Shown here: positions 22,637-31,812 of the stretch, one piece after another
Layout: each line of letters starts with the position of its first letter
Position numbering within the stretch: the first letter of the stretch is position 1
Assembly (NCBI GenBank): GCA_029259115.1
Contig: JAPDJO010000076.1
Location: forward strand, 12,447 to 76,446
From: Thermoplasmatota archaeon
Lineage (GTDB): Archaea > Thermoplasmatota > E2 > DHVEG-1 > B18-G2
DNA: 64,000 nucleotides
Direction: 5' to 3'
Notes under the pieces: model-generated
Seen by the model: only the letters and a program-made list of their open reading frames with translations
What the model was told of the DNA's origin: nothing
The model's database searches: none
Position numbers and translations under genes: made by a program

Positions 22637-23252
22637 GAGAGATAACAAGATAGAGTTAGAAGAAATGAGATATGTGACTAGAGGACTGCTGAAGAATTCG
22701 TATTATATAATCATAGTTATAGCCGTAGTTTTTCTTATCCCATTGGTATTATCCTATCTGCAGAGCTTCCTCAGAGATCTAGGTATATCAAAAGATTTTG
22801 ATCTATATATTTCGATATTACTCTACATCATTGCTGGAGTAATATCTGTAGAGTGCATAAGAAAGATGATATCAAACTCCCTCAGAGAGGTTCTAGATGA
22901 TTACAGCATAAGAGGAATAACCTCATTCTTTAGGATAGTGGGTTATGTGATACTCCTAATAATTATAACCTCAGCGCAGCAGGGGAGCGTTGTGTTTGGC
23001 GCTACACTAGGAGGCTTTCTGGGATTACTCTTAGGTATGGCAAGCAAAGAGCTTATAGGGAATGCGATATCAGGAATATTCGTGATAATAACGAAACCCT
23101 TCAGAATCGGTGATGAAGTAAATGTTGCAGGTGGTGAAGGAAAAGTAGTTGATATAAAAATGATGTATACTGTAATAGAGAAAGAGGAACAAAAAATACT
23201 TGTTCCAAACTCGAAGATAATTGGTAACGTTATAAAGGTGAAGAGGCAATAA
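22623..23252 (+). CDS. Small MscS-family mechanosensitive channel
   Basis: GN.ISGI....KPFRIGD.V...G.V.DI...YT...VPNS. Confidence 0.85.
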   Translation: MAMPKRDNKIELEEMRYVTRGLLKNSYYIIIVIAVVFLIPLVLSYLQSFLRDLGISKDFDLYISILLYIIAGVISVECIRKMISNSLREVLDDYSIRGITSFFRIVGYVILLIIITSAQQGSVVFGATLGGFLGLLLGMASKELIGNAISGIFVIITKPFRIGDEVNVAGGEGKVVDIKMMYTVIEKEEQKILVPNSKIIGNVIKVKRQ

Positions 23253-23253
23253 G

Positions 23254-25167
23254 ATGCAGATATCATCATTCGAAGTCCTAGCAATAGTGAGAGAACTTCA
23301 AGATCTAGTTGGAGCTTATATTGATAAGATATATCAGATCGGAAAAGACGAAATACTTCTGAGATTGAGAAAGAAAGGAATTGGTAAGATATACCTATTG
23401 ATAAAAGCTGGAGGATTTCTGCTTAAAACAAGGAAAACATTCGAAACTCCAGAAAAACCAAGTATGTTTGCTATGATCTTGAGAAAATACTTGGATGATG
23501 GTAGAATCTCGAAGATTTATCAGTATGACTTTGATAGGATAGTTGTTATAGAGATTGAAAAGAAAGGAGAATTGTATAGGGTAATATCAGAGCTTATACC
23601 CAACGGAAATATCGTTCTGGTTGATAATGAATGGAAGATAGTAATGCCAATAAGAGAGCAGACATGGTCACATAGAACCATTAAACCAAAGGAGTTGTAT
23701 ATCTTTCCACCATCAAAAAACAATCTCATCGAGATGGATGTGGAGAGTTTCTCGGAGATCATCAAAAAATCAGAGAAGGATCTGGTAAGAACTCTAGCAA
23801 TAGATCTTGGACTTGGAGGAATATATGCTGAAGAAATTTGTTATCTATCGAATATTGACAAGAATAAATCTACCAAAGAACTCACTGATGAAGAGATAAG
23901 GGATTTATTCAGATCAATGAGAACCATAATTGATACCATAGACAAAAAGGAGCCATCCTCTGAGATAGTCAAGGAAGGTGACAAGATCATAGCTGTAACC
24001 CCCATCCATCTTAAGAAATTTGATGGTTATGAGATAACGAGGAAAAATTCGATAAGCGAAGCTCTCGAGGAGATTATTGATAAACTTGAGGAAATAGAAG
24101 GTAAGGATGAGGAGAAGGAAAGGATAGAGAGACAGATAGAACAGCAGAGGAAAGCGATAGAAGATCTTATGAGACGATCTGAAGAGAAGAAAAGAGAAGG
24201 AGATCTACTCTACATTCACATGAAAGAAGTGGACGATATAATAGAGAGATTGAGGAAAGCCTCAAAAGAGAAAGACAAAGAAAAATCAATCAGGGAAATA
24301 GAATCTCTAGATATAGTTGAGAGTGTAGATCTTCATGATGGGATTGTTAGACTCAGAATAGATGACAAAATCTTTGAGATAGACTTTAGGAAAAGTGCAG
24401 CAGAAAATGCAAACCTTGCATACAAATTAAGCAAGAAATTCAAAGAAAAGGCAGAGAGAGCAAAAGAAGCTTTGAAAGAAAGCGAAAAGAAGCTTAAAGA
24501 GAGGAAATTAGAGAAAAAGGAGAAGAAAGAGAGAGAATTCTGGTTCGAGAAATACAGATGGTGTATATCTAGCGATGGTAACCTGATAATAGGTGGCAAA
24601 GATGCTAAAACAAATGAGAGAATAGTGAAGAAACACATGGAAGAAAGAGACATCTATGTCCATGCAGATATACATGGAGCACCAAGTTGTATACTTAAGT
24701 GTAGAGATATATATGGAAAAGAAAGAGAAATTACAGAAAAATCCATAGAAGAGGCATGTCAGTTTGCTGGAATTTACTCCAAAGCATGGAAGCAGTTTGG
24801 AGAGGTTATGGTTTATTGGGTTTACCCTGATCAAGTGAGTAAAACTCCGGAAAGTGGAGAGTTTTTACCAAAGGGTGCTTTTGTTATTAGGGGTAAAAGA
24901 AACTATGTTAGATGTAGAATGGAGATGGCAATAGGAGAGATTTCTATAGAAGGTATAAAGAAAGTCATGGGGGGGCCTGTAGATTCAGTAAAAGCTAGAA
25001 GTGATAGATTTGTGGTGATACAACCTGGATATATTAAGAAAGAAAAATTTGCTAAATTACTCGCAGAAAAACTAGAAGTAACCCCTGATAAAGTATCGAA
25101 AGCACTTCCGCCAGGCGACGTGCAAGTTATAGAAGTTAAGGGATTGGACATAGAGGAATTAAGATGA
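23254..25167 (+). CDS. rqcH: NFACT/RqcH (Rqc2-like) ribosome quality-control protein
   Basis: F...LRKYL, FDRIV, GN..LVD, coiled coil, WFEKYRW, GGKDA..NE, HADIHGA, SGEFLPKGAF. Confidence 0.9.
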   Translation: MQISSFEVLAIVRELQDLVGAYIDKIYQIGKDEILLRLRKKGIGKIYLLIKAGGFLLKTRKTFETPEKPSMFAMILRKYLDDGRISKIYQYDFDRIVVIEIEKKGELYRVISELIPNGNIVLVDNEWKIVMPIREQTWSHRTIKPKELYIFPPSKNNLIEMDVESFSEIIKKSEKDLVRTLAIDLGLGGIYAEEICYLSNIDKNKSTKELTDEEIRDLFRSMRTIIDTIDKKEPSSEIVKEGDKIIAVTPIHLKKFDGYEITRKNSISEALEEIIDKLEEIEGKDEEKERIERQIEQQRKAIEDLMRRSEEKKREGDLLYIHMKEVDDIIERLRKASKEKDKEKSIREIESLDIVESVDLHDGIVRLRIDDKIFEIDFRKSAAENANLAYKLSKKFKEKAERAKEALKESEKKLKERKLEKKEKKEREFWFEKYRWCISSDGNLIIGGKDAKTNERIVKKHMEERDIYVHADIHGAPSCILKCRDIYGKEREITEKSIEEACQFAGIYSKAWKQFGEVMVYWVYPDQVSKTPESGEFLPKGAFVIRGKRNYVRCRMEMAIGEISIEGIKKVMGGPVDSVKARSDRFVVIQPGYIKKEKFAKLLAEKLEVTPDKVSKALPPGDVQVIEVKGLDIEELR

Positions 25168-26207
25168 GATTGGTCTTTAAGGATCTGAAAAAGGGGATTG
25201 TTAAATTAATTCCTGAGAACATGGATGATCTGTGGCATCTCTATCATATAATAGATAAGGGAGATCTTGTGAAAGCATTAACATTTAGGACTGCTGAGCA
25301 GAAAGGAGATAAGATTAGAATAAAGAAGGCTGAAAAGAAGCCGATGGTATTAACTATAAGAGTCGAAGACGTTGAATTCCATGACTTCTCAGATAGATTG
25401 AGGATACATGGGATAATAGAGGAGGGACCTCAAGATCTGGGATCTCATCATACCATAAATCTGAGAGTTGGAGATTACAAAGAAGTAACTATAATCAAAG
25501 AAGAGTGGAAACCCTCGCATCTACAAAGGCTTGATGAAGCATTGAAATCTAGGGGTAAGAATGACATTATTGCTGTATCTTTGGATGATGAAGAAGCATG
25601 CATAGCTGTGATAAGGAATAGCGGTATCCAGATAGTTGCGGAAATCGAATCAGGAAAATCTGGAAAACTTTATGAGAGCAAGGATAGAGAAAAAGATTAC
25701 TTTGCAAAGATAATAGATGTGATTAGGAACTTGGCAGAGGATTTACCTATACTAATATCAGGTCCAGGATTTACAAAGGAAAGATTGGTATCGTATGGCA
25801 AAGAAAAGGAGCCAGAGATATTCAAAAGAGTTTTCATTTGCTCTACCGGGAATGCTGGTTTAAATGGTATATACGAAACAATAAGATCAGGAGCTGTAGA
25901 TAGAATAGTTAGTAACAACAGGGTTATAAAGGAAACAAAACTCGTTGAAAGATTTATAGAAGAGTTAGCTAAGGATGGAGCGGTAGCATATGGTAAGGAT
26001 GAAGTTATAGATGCACTCAACAGGGGAGCAGCATCTCATATACTCATGATAGATAACATGGCAAGAACCAAGGAGGGTGAAGAAATTCTGAGTCTAGCAA
26101 GAGAGATGAGAAGCGACTTCACCATAATAAATTCAAAAATAGAGGCCGGAAAGAAACTAGAAGGATTTGGAGGGGTGGTGGCTTTCCTAAGATTTAAAAT
26201 AGATTAG
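25164..26207 (+). CDS. pelA: Pelota/Dom34 ribosome rescue factor
   Basis: PENMDDLWHL, RLRIHG, GSHHT, GPGF, YG..EV, L..FGGV.A.LRF; ATGA overlap with rqcH. Confidence 0.93.
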   Translation: MRLVFKDLKKGIVKLIPENMDDLWHLYHIIDKGDLVKALTFRTAEQKGDKIRIKKAEKKPMVLTIRVEDVEFHDFSDRLRIHGIIEEGPQDLGSHHTINLRVGDYKEVTIIKEEWKPSHLQRLDEALKSRGKNDIIAVSLDDEEACIAVIRNSGIQIVAEIESGKSGKLYESKDREKDYFAKIIDVIRNLAEDLPILISGPGFTKERLVSYGKEKEPEIFKRVFICSTGNAGLNGIYETIRSGAVDRIVSNNRVIKETKLVERFIEELAKDGAVAYGKDEVIDALNRGAASHILMIDNMARTKEGEEILSLAREMRSDFTIINSKIEAGKKLEGFGGVVAFLRFKID

Positions 26208-26950
26208 TGGAAACCTGGGTATGCGAAGATTGGATACATCCTTTCTCTTAGAGACATTGCTTTCATCGCTGTCATCTCAGATGTTGAAGAAGATGCCGTC
26301 ACAGACGATGTTCCAATCTCTGGTTCGTAATAGACATACTCTACTTCTATAGTAAAGTTATTACCTTTGTCAAGCAACCTCTTGAGGGGTCTGAATATCT
26401 TCTCCCCAACCTTTACACTGACATTTACTTTGAATGGTTGATCCTTCCACTTCTCACTGTAATAATCCTGTAACTTATCCAGAGCCTCGCTGGAGCTGTT
26501 AGCTTTGATTTCATCCACGTACGGGACCGGATTTATATTGTCAAAGACGATCTCTATGGTTCCATTTCCTACGCTTTCCTCGCTCTTTACTGTTCCGTCT
26601 GGCGCAGTTACCTCAAAAGTCAGGGTATCTAGACCTTTCTTTCTTAGAAGTCCATACGTGTGATCGTCTTCCCATGTCAATATGAATCTGACACTCTTCA
26701 AGTTGTATTGAGAGATCGTAACGTTTGCGGAATATGGTATGTCCTTGAAGAGTTTGTCGTATGCAACCATGTCTGGATTATCTGGCGAAGCGTAGCCTGT
26801 TTTTTCTGTCCATGTAACAGCGTATGTCTTCACAGCCTCTGTTCTCTTTTCCTCTTCTTTTGGTACAGGTCTATATAAAAATATTCCTATTGCCGCTAGA
26901 ACTATTATCACTACACCGATTATCACAATCAACTTGTCCGTGGACTTCAT
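26204..26950 (-). CDS. Membrane-anchored exported hypothetical protein
   Basis: Single N-terminal TM helix followed by a beta-rich domain (LTWEDD, VTAPDG). Confidence 0.6.
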   Translation of the reverse strand: MKSTDKLIVIIGVVIIVLAAIGIFLYRPVPKEEEKRTEAVKTYAVTWTEKTGYASPDNPDMVAYDKLFKDIPYSANVTISQYNLKSVRFILTWEDDHTYGLLRKKGLDTLTFEVTAPDGTVKSEESVGNGTIEIVFDNINPVPYVDEIKANSSSEALDKLQDYYSEKWKDQPFKVNVSVKVGEKIFRPLKRLLDKGNNFTIEVEYVYYEPEIGTSSVTASSSTSEMTAMKAMSLRERMYPIFAYPGFH

Positions 26951-27283
26951 TTCTTCACCTTCCTACTATCTATAAGGGTTTTACCCCTTTATTAAATTTT
27001 TCTTATTTTTATATTTTTGCAATAATTTGTATACTTCTTGCTTAATAACCTTTTCTATACGTTTCTAGCCTAATCTCTGAAAGGTCATAGAATGCTGTGA
27101 AAACGAGCTTTTAATCCTAGTATATAGAGGATTATCTTAAGTTATAGTCGTCAAGCATTATGAGAAAGGAGTATCGCTAGAATAATGGCACAGTCTATCC
27201 AAAAGTTTTGCTGATTTTTCATTGTACCTCTATTGATATATCATCAAATATGGAATGTCGTAATTTGAGGTTTAGCATGATGC

Positions 27284-28960
27284 TCAACGGTCTAGAAAAG
27301 TTATCAATTGATTGAACTTAAATAATCGTAAAAAAAATTCTATGATGGAATTTATCGAGTGGAGAATCTTCTCTATCCATTTCAGTAAAATAGACTTCTT
27401 TATTACTTTCACCTCAACCTTCTCGGACCTAACATATCCTTCCTTTTCCGCATACACCTCATATACTCCCTTCTTGGAAATCTTCACCTCCACTGAACCA
27501 TTCGAGTCAGTGGAGAAGGTGTATGAATCTATATGCACGGTCGCATTCTTGACAGGATTATTACTTTCATCCTTAACCGTTATCCTGAAAATCTCATTCA
27601 TTTCCACTTCTTTCTTCTCTACAGATATCTTTAATGCGTGCGCCTCCCAAGTTTCAGCATATCCCCACAGAACCTCTCTATCATCTTCAGTGAGCCTACA
27701 CTTATCACAACTCACCATTGGTAGTTCATAATCGACCCAATAGTGCCACCAGTCAGAATCTCCGTCTATGCTTTTGACGTAGAGAGCATCCCAGCTTGGA
27801 TAGTAAAGAATTGTACAATCAAATCCGCCTTTCTCTGATGCCTCAACCAACGCCCCGAGAACGGATGGATAATGAATATGAAATTCCTCTGACTGGTTTG
27901 AACTAACATTTATTGCAACAACCGTTGTATCTCTAACGGTTACGATACCTTCCCATATGGTTTCATACTTTCCTTCAATCCTTACATATCCCGTCCAAGT
28001 TTCAACTGGAGAAGAGTGGTATATCTTCACTGGATAGTACTTTCCTAGGAGAGCAGGTATCGCATAGGATGTCATCCACTCAGGATTTAGATCTAAAGTT
28101 TCATTCCATTTAAAACTACCATCATCATTCTGTAGGCTTAACAGATAATCTACCGGGCTCTTTCCATTCTTTATCCAATTATTGGGGTTCTCACCAGCGC
28201 AGCTTATAGCCATGATAGCCCATGATGTTGTCGCAGAATTTACTGCTCCCCAAGAGGAGAAACCTCCATTATCTGTCTGTCTCTCTCTTAAAAAATCCAA
28301 AGCTTTTTGTATGATGCTTGCACCTCTATCAATTCCACTAGCTAAGAGAGCCATGATTGTAGCCGATGTTGAATCCACATCGCTACTTCCATTTATACTA
28401 ACGCCCCACCCCCCATCTGCATTTTGATGCTCAATGATGTAGTTCCTAACGCTTCGTACAACAGGATCATCCTTTTCAACCCCACAAGATATTAGAGATA
28501 TTATACCCCAAACATCATCGTTGAGCAAGCCCCTGATGCCTATCTGCTCACCATCATAGAAGCTCTTTATCTTCTCGACAAAATCTACTCCTCCAAAATT
28601 CCTTGGATTCTCGTTGCATGCAACTATGGCGAGCGCATGCCTTTCCCAATCCGTTGCCCTTTCTGGGTCAAGACTTTCTATCGATCTCTCCAGGTAGTCG
28701 GGTATGTTTTCCATTTCCGCATTTGCAGAGCATAGGGCCATTGCGGCCCATGCGGTTGTCAATGGATCTCCTATCTCTCCATTCTCTTTCTGTCTCGATT
28801 TCAAGAAATTTATAGCCTTTAGGATCTCTTCGTCCGATGGATTTAACGGGAAGTGATTTGAGGTGAACACATCTCTTGATGTTGCGGGAGTTGCCGAGAT
28901 TATGAGGCTAGGGATAATGATTAAGCATACGGAAACCATTGCAAAGAACCATCTCTTCAT
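27284..28960 (-). CDS. Secreted alpha/alpha-barrel (prenyltransferase/squalene oxidase repeats) plus DUF4430-like domain; transcobalamin-like cobalamin-binding protein
   Basis: Start MKRWFF (28960, GGTGA RBS). QxxxG[GS][WF] repeats, then YVKSIDG..WWHYWVD....V.CD...L...D.VLW, a small beta domain and an amphipathic tail. Confidence 0.7.
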   Translation of the reverse strand: MKRWFFAMVSVCLIIIPSLIISATPATSRDVFTSNHFPLNPSDEEILKAINFLKSRQKENGEIGDPLTTAWAAMALCSANAEMENIPDYLERSIESLDPERATDWERHALAIVACNENPRNFGGVDFVEKIKSFYDGEQIGIRGLLNDDVWGIISLISCGVEKDDPVVRSVRNYIIEHQNADGGWGVSINGSSDVDSTSATIMALLASGIDRGASIIQKALDFLRERQTDNGGFSSWGAVNSATTSWAIMAISCAGENPNNWIKNGKSPVDYLLSLQNDDGSFKWNETLDLNPEWMTSYAIPALLGKYYPVKIYHSSPVETWTGYVRIEGKYETIWEGIVTVRDTTVVAINVSSNQSEEFHIHYPSVLGALVEASEKGGFDCTILYYPSWDALYVKSIDGDSDWWHYWVDYELPMVSCDKCRLTEDDREVLWGYAETWEAHALKISVEKKEVEMNEIFRITVKDESNNPVKNATVHIDSYTFSTDSNGSVEVKISKKGVYEVYAEKEGYVRSEKVEVKVIKKSILLKWIEKILHSINSIIEFFLRLFKFNQLITFLDR

Positions 28961-28992
28961 TCTATCACCATCTTTAAGAATAAGAGGGAAAG

Positions 28993-29017
28993 ATTTAAGG
29001 ATAACAAATTTGATAAC
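28993..29017 (+). promoter_or_regulatory. TATA-like box (ATTTAAGG) followed by candidate operator GATAAC-N6-GATAAC in a divergent promoter
   Basis: GATAAC AAATTT GATAAC at 29000-29017; a matching motif lies at 30682-30699. Confidence 0.5.
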
Positions 29018-29030
29018 GACTGTTGCAGAA

Positions 29031-29540
29031 ATGGATAACAAACTCTTTAAAGCATTGAGCAGTAAAACCAGACTGGATATATTGCGGAAAATCATGGATA
29101 AGGAATATCATCTCTCAGAGCTTTCAAGAGAGATGGGAATATCGAAACCTGTTATATCTAGGCATGTAAAGATACTGGAAGATGCGAACCTGATAAAGAG
29201 GAAAAAGATAGGAAATGTTCATGTTTTGAAGGCAAATATGGATGCGCTTGAAAAGGCCTTCGAACCATTCGTTGAGGAAAAAAGGATAAAGATTAAGGAA
29301 GGGAAGACGGTATTTGATATCCTGAAACAACTCCCAGAGATAGAGGTAAAGGAGCACGATGGAGACAGGTTCATCACCGCGGTTGATGGTGAGGAAGGTC
29401 TGTACATCTATGAGATCGATGGAGAAATACCTGATAGAGCAATAAACAGATATAAACTTGAAAGGTCAGCCTTACTACAACTCAAGAAATTAGTACCGAT
29501 AACAAAGAAGAGGATAAGGGTGGAAATAGAGAAGGATTAG
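29031..29540 (+). CDS. ArsR-family wHTH regulator fused to a DUF4430/transcobalamin C-terminal-like domain
   Basis: FKALSSKTRLDIL...SELSR..GISKPVISRHVKILEDANLI; C-terminal TVFDILK...FITAVDG...YIYEIDG......INRYKL. Start moved to MDNK. Confidence 0.75.
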   Translation: MDNKLFKALSSKTRLDILRKIMDKEYHLSELSREMGISKPVISRHVKILEDANLIKRKKIGNVHVLKANMDALEKAFEPFVEEKRIKIKEGKTVFDILKQLPEIEVKEHDGDRFITAVDGEEGLYIYEIDGEIPDRAINRYKLERSALLQLKKLVPITKKRIRVEIEKD

Positions 29541-30160
29541 TGAATCAAGATTTTTTCGCTTAAGTTAGATAGGAAGCTAGGAATCTTGATCTCTATCTCA
29601 TGCTCCTTGATATAAACAACTGGCAAGATGACAAATGTTATTGCCAAACTCATTGATAATAGATGCCATAAGGTAAAAGGTATAGCGAGGGTATAGCAGA
29701 GAATCAATCCTTTGATGGTATGAGGATACCACAGGAGCCAGCATCCAAAGTTGGTCCAGAGGTCATATAATAGTACGCCGGCTATGCCTGTGCCAAATAT
29801 CATGGATTTTCTTTGCATGCAAAACATTCCCCTTGATTTTAAGGTATAGCTCAGCAGGGCGAGCATAGCAAATCCGGACCATGTGAACAGAAAGATCAGG
29901 TTGTTTCCTATGATTAGATCTGTGATGAGCATTGTAGATACGGGAACAAGAAGAGAATATCCTCTTCTATCTAAAAGAAAACCGCTCAGCATGGAGATGG
30001 TTGCTATCAGGAAGAAGAGATCCATCATCAAGAGAGGTTGCGTTATACCGTTAAGATTGATGAAAATATCTGGCGATGGTGGAAGAAACTTGCTTAAGCT
30101 CAACCTTCCAATTACTCCTGCAATTATCAAGGTTAACATCAGCCCTATCTTCTTATCCAT
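29537..30160 (-). CDS. ECF S-component-like transporter (BtuM/CbrT/DUF6580-like), probably for cobalamin
   Basis: About 6 TM helices; P...M.ITD..IG and YDLWTNFG.W..YPHT..GL..CY..AIPF. Confidence 0.7.
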   Translation of the reverse strand: MDKKIGLMLTLIIAGVIGRLSLSKFLPPSPDIFINLNGITQPLLMMDLFFLIATISMLSGFLLDRRGYSLLVPVSTMLITDLIIGNNLIFLFTWSGFAMLALLSYTLKSRGMFCMQRKSMIFGTGIAGVLLYDLWTNFGCWLLWYPHTIKGLILCYTLAIPFTLWHLLSMSLAITFVILPVVYIKEHEIEIKIPSFLSNLSEKILIH

Positions 30161-30629
30161 CCTTTCCCTCCAAGATTTCTATCTTTGGTTCCTGTAATTT
30201 CCATTCGATTATATCCCCATCTCTCACCTTCTGCAGATCAACACCTACTGGTGCGTAATTACCGTTGATGTAATACTGCCAGAACTTATTAGCTTTTGGA
30301 TCTTCCTCGGTTGAGTTTATCGAGTAAATGTAATGGCTCTTATACTGAGGAAAGTACTCTGCCTCAAAGGTTAACCCATATTCGTTTTTTGCCGCCAGCA
30401 GAACGTGGTAGGCCGTCGAATTCTTAGAATCTAAAGAGATATTAAACCTGTCTATCCTTCCATCTCCGTAATCTATGATCAGAGAGACATTTATGGTCTC
30501 GTTTGATGGGAAGCTTTCAGGATACTCAAATACTATTACTCCCTTATCAATCAATTTCAATATCCCTATACTCGAGAAAGCTACGATGGATATTCCGATT
30601 ACCGTGATCAGCAGAATCCTCCTTGACAC
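30153..30629 (-). CDS. Membrane-anchored DUF4430 (transcobalamin-like) protein
   Basis: N-terminal TM helix; TAYHVL...YIYSIN...FWQYYING..APVGVD...V.DGDIIEW. Probable GTG start at 30629 (ORF track start 30701). Confidence 0.8.
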   Translation of the reverse strand: MSRRILLITVIGISIVAFSSIGILKLIDKGVIVFEYPESFPSNETINVSLIIDYGDGRIDRFNISLDSKNSTAYHVLLAAKNEYGLTFEAEYFPQYKSHYIYSINSTEEDPKANKFWQYYINGNYAPVGVDLQKVRDGDIIEWKLQEPKIEILEGKDG

Positions 30630-30681
30630 GCAATATCCAATGAGAGAAACATCCTTAAAATATAGGATTCTGATAACAATT

Positions 30682-30699
30682 GATACCCACTTAGATAAC
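30682..30699. promoter_or_regulatory. Second candidate operator GATACC-N6-GATAAC
   Basis: Upstream of the DUF4430/S-component operon, with an extra GATAAC half-site at 30672-30677. Confidence 0.45.
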
Positions 30700-30770
30700 A
30701 ATCAATTCGCGCATTCCGTAGAAGAAATTAAGAGAAAAATACTGAGAAAAGTAGCTTTGCCTTTGGAAGA

Positions 30771-31778
30771 CTAATCTATAACAATATTTATCTTTTCTCC
30801 ACATTTCTTACATCTATCCTTCTCTAGACCTTTTACATTGGCATTGAATCCGTATCTCTCGATAAGAAGATTTCCACAGCTTGGGCAATACGTATTTTCA
30901 TAATCTCCATGAGGTACATTACCGAGATAGACAAATTTCAATCCCTTTTCTTTAGCAAGATCAAAAGCCTTCATCAAGGTTTCAAAAGGCGTAGGAGGCA
31001 GATCTAACATCTTATAGTGAGGATAAAATCTTGTAAAATGCACTGGGGTGTCTTCTCCTAGCTCATCAATAATCCATTCACAGAATTCTCCTATCTCTTT
31101 CATAGAATCATTTTTCGTTGGTATAATCAGATAGGTTATCTCAAGATGGATACCAAGCTCTTTAGATAAAACACAAGTATTTAACACAGGTTCAAGCCTT
31201 CCACCAGATATCTTTCTGTAAAAATCATCTCTGAAAGACTTGACATCTATATTTATGCCATCAAGATATCTTCCTATTTCTCTGAAAGGATCTTCATTTA
31301 TGAAACCATTGCTCACATATGTTATGTAAAGGCCGTCTTTCTTCGCTATTTTGGATGCATCGAGAGTGAACTCATGCCATATAGTTGGCTCGTTGTATGT
31401 CCATGATATTCCTTTGCATCTATACTGTTTTGCTAGTCTTGTAGGTTCATCAACCTCTAATTCTCTAAGATAGATATCTTCCGGATCTACCATAGAAATC
31501 GTGTAATTCTGACAGTGCTTACATGATAGATTACAGCCAGCTGTACCAAATGAAAGAGCATAGCTGCCTGGATAGAAATGATAGAGAGGCTTCTTCTCTA
31601 TGGGGTCTACAGCTACAGAAGATGCGGATCCATAGATCAAAGTGTAAAGTTTTCCTCCTCTATTCTCTCTCACTCTACATATCCCTCTCTTTCCTTCGGG
31701 TATCAAGCATCTGTGGGGACAGAGCAAGCACCTGATCTTATCTCCGTCCCTCTCCCAAAATTTAGCCTCTCTTATCAT
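30771..31778 (-). CDS. amrS: AmmeMemoRadiSam-system radical SAM enzyme (PflA-like)
   Basis: C.LCP..C...G.C.VR.N, DPIEKKPLYHFYPG, GCNLSCKHCQN, YNEPT, T.CP.CG..LIER. Confidence 0.88.
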   Translation of the reverse strand: MIREAKFWERDGDKIRCLLCPHRCLIPEGKRGICRVRENRGGKLYTLIYGSASSVAVDPIEKKPLYHFYPGSYALSFGTAGCNLSCKHCQNYTISMVDPEDIYLRELEVDEPTRLAKQYRCKGISWTYNEPTIWHEFTLDASKIAKKDGLYITYVSNGFINEDPFREIGRYLDGINIDVKSFRDDFYRKISGGRLEPVLNTCVLSKELGIHLEITYLIIPTKNDSMKEIGEFCEWIIDELGEDTPVHFTRFYPHYKMLDLPPTPFETLMKAFDLAKEKGLKFVYLGNVPHGDYENTYCPSCGNLLIERYGFNANVKGLEKDRCKKCGEKINIVID

Positions 31779-31812
31779 TCCTAAAATTCATATACCTTTC
31801 AATTATAAAGAG

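Noticed and set aside
26951-27283. 330-bp intergenic region as an ncRNA or small gene
   Set aside because: No convincing ORF, stem-loop or GC enrichment could be identified by eye.
27284-28960. Squalene-hopene cyclase or prenyltransferase
   Set aside because: It has QW-like repeats but no DxDD motif, carries a signal peptide and a DUF4430-like domain, and sits in a transport context.
28961-29030. Cobalamin riboswitch
   Set aside because: Only 70 bp, AT-rich, with no B12-box structure visible; the same applies to 30630-30770.
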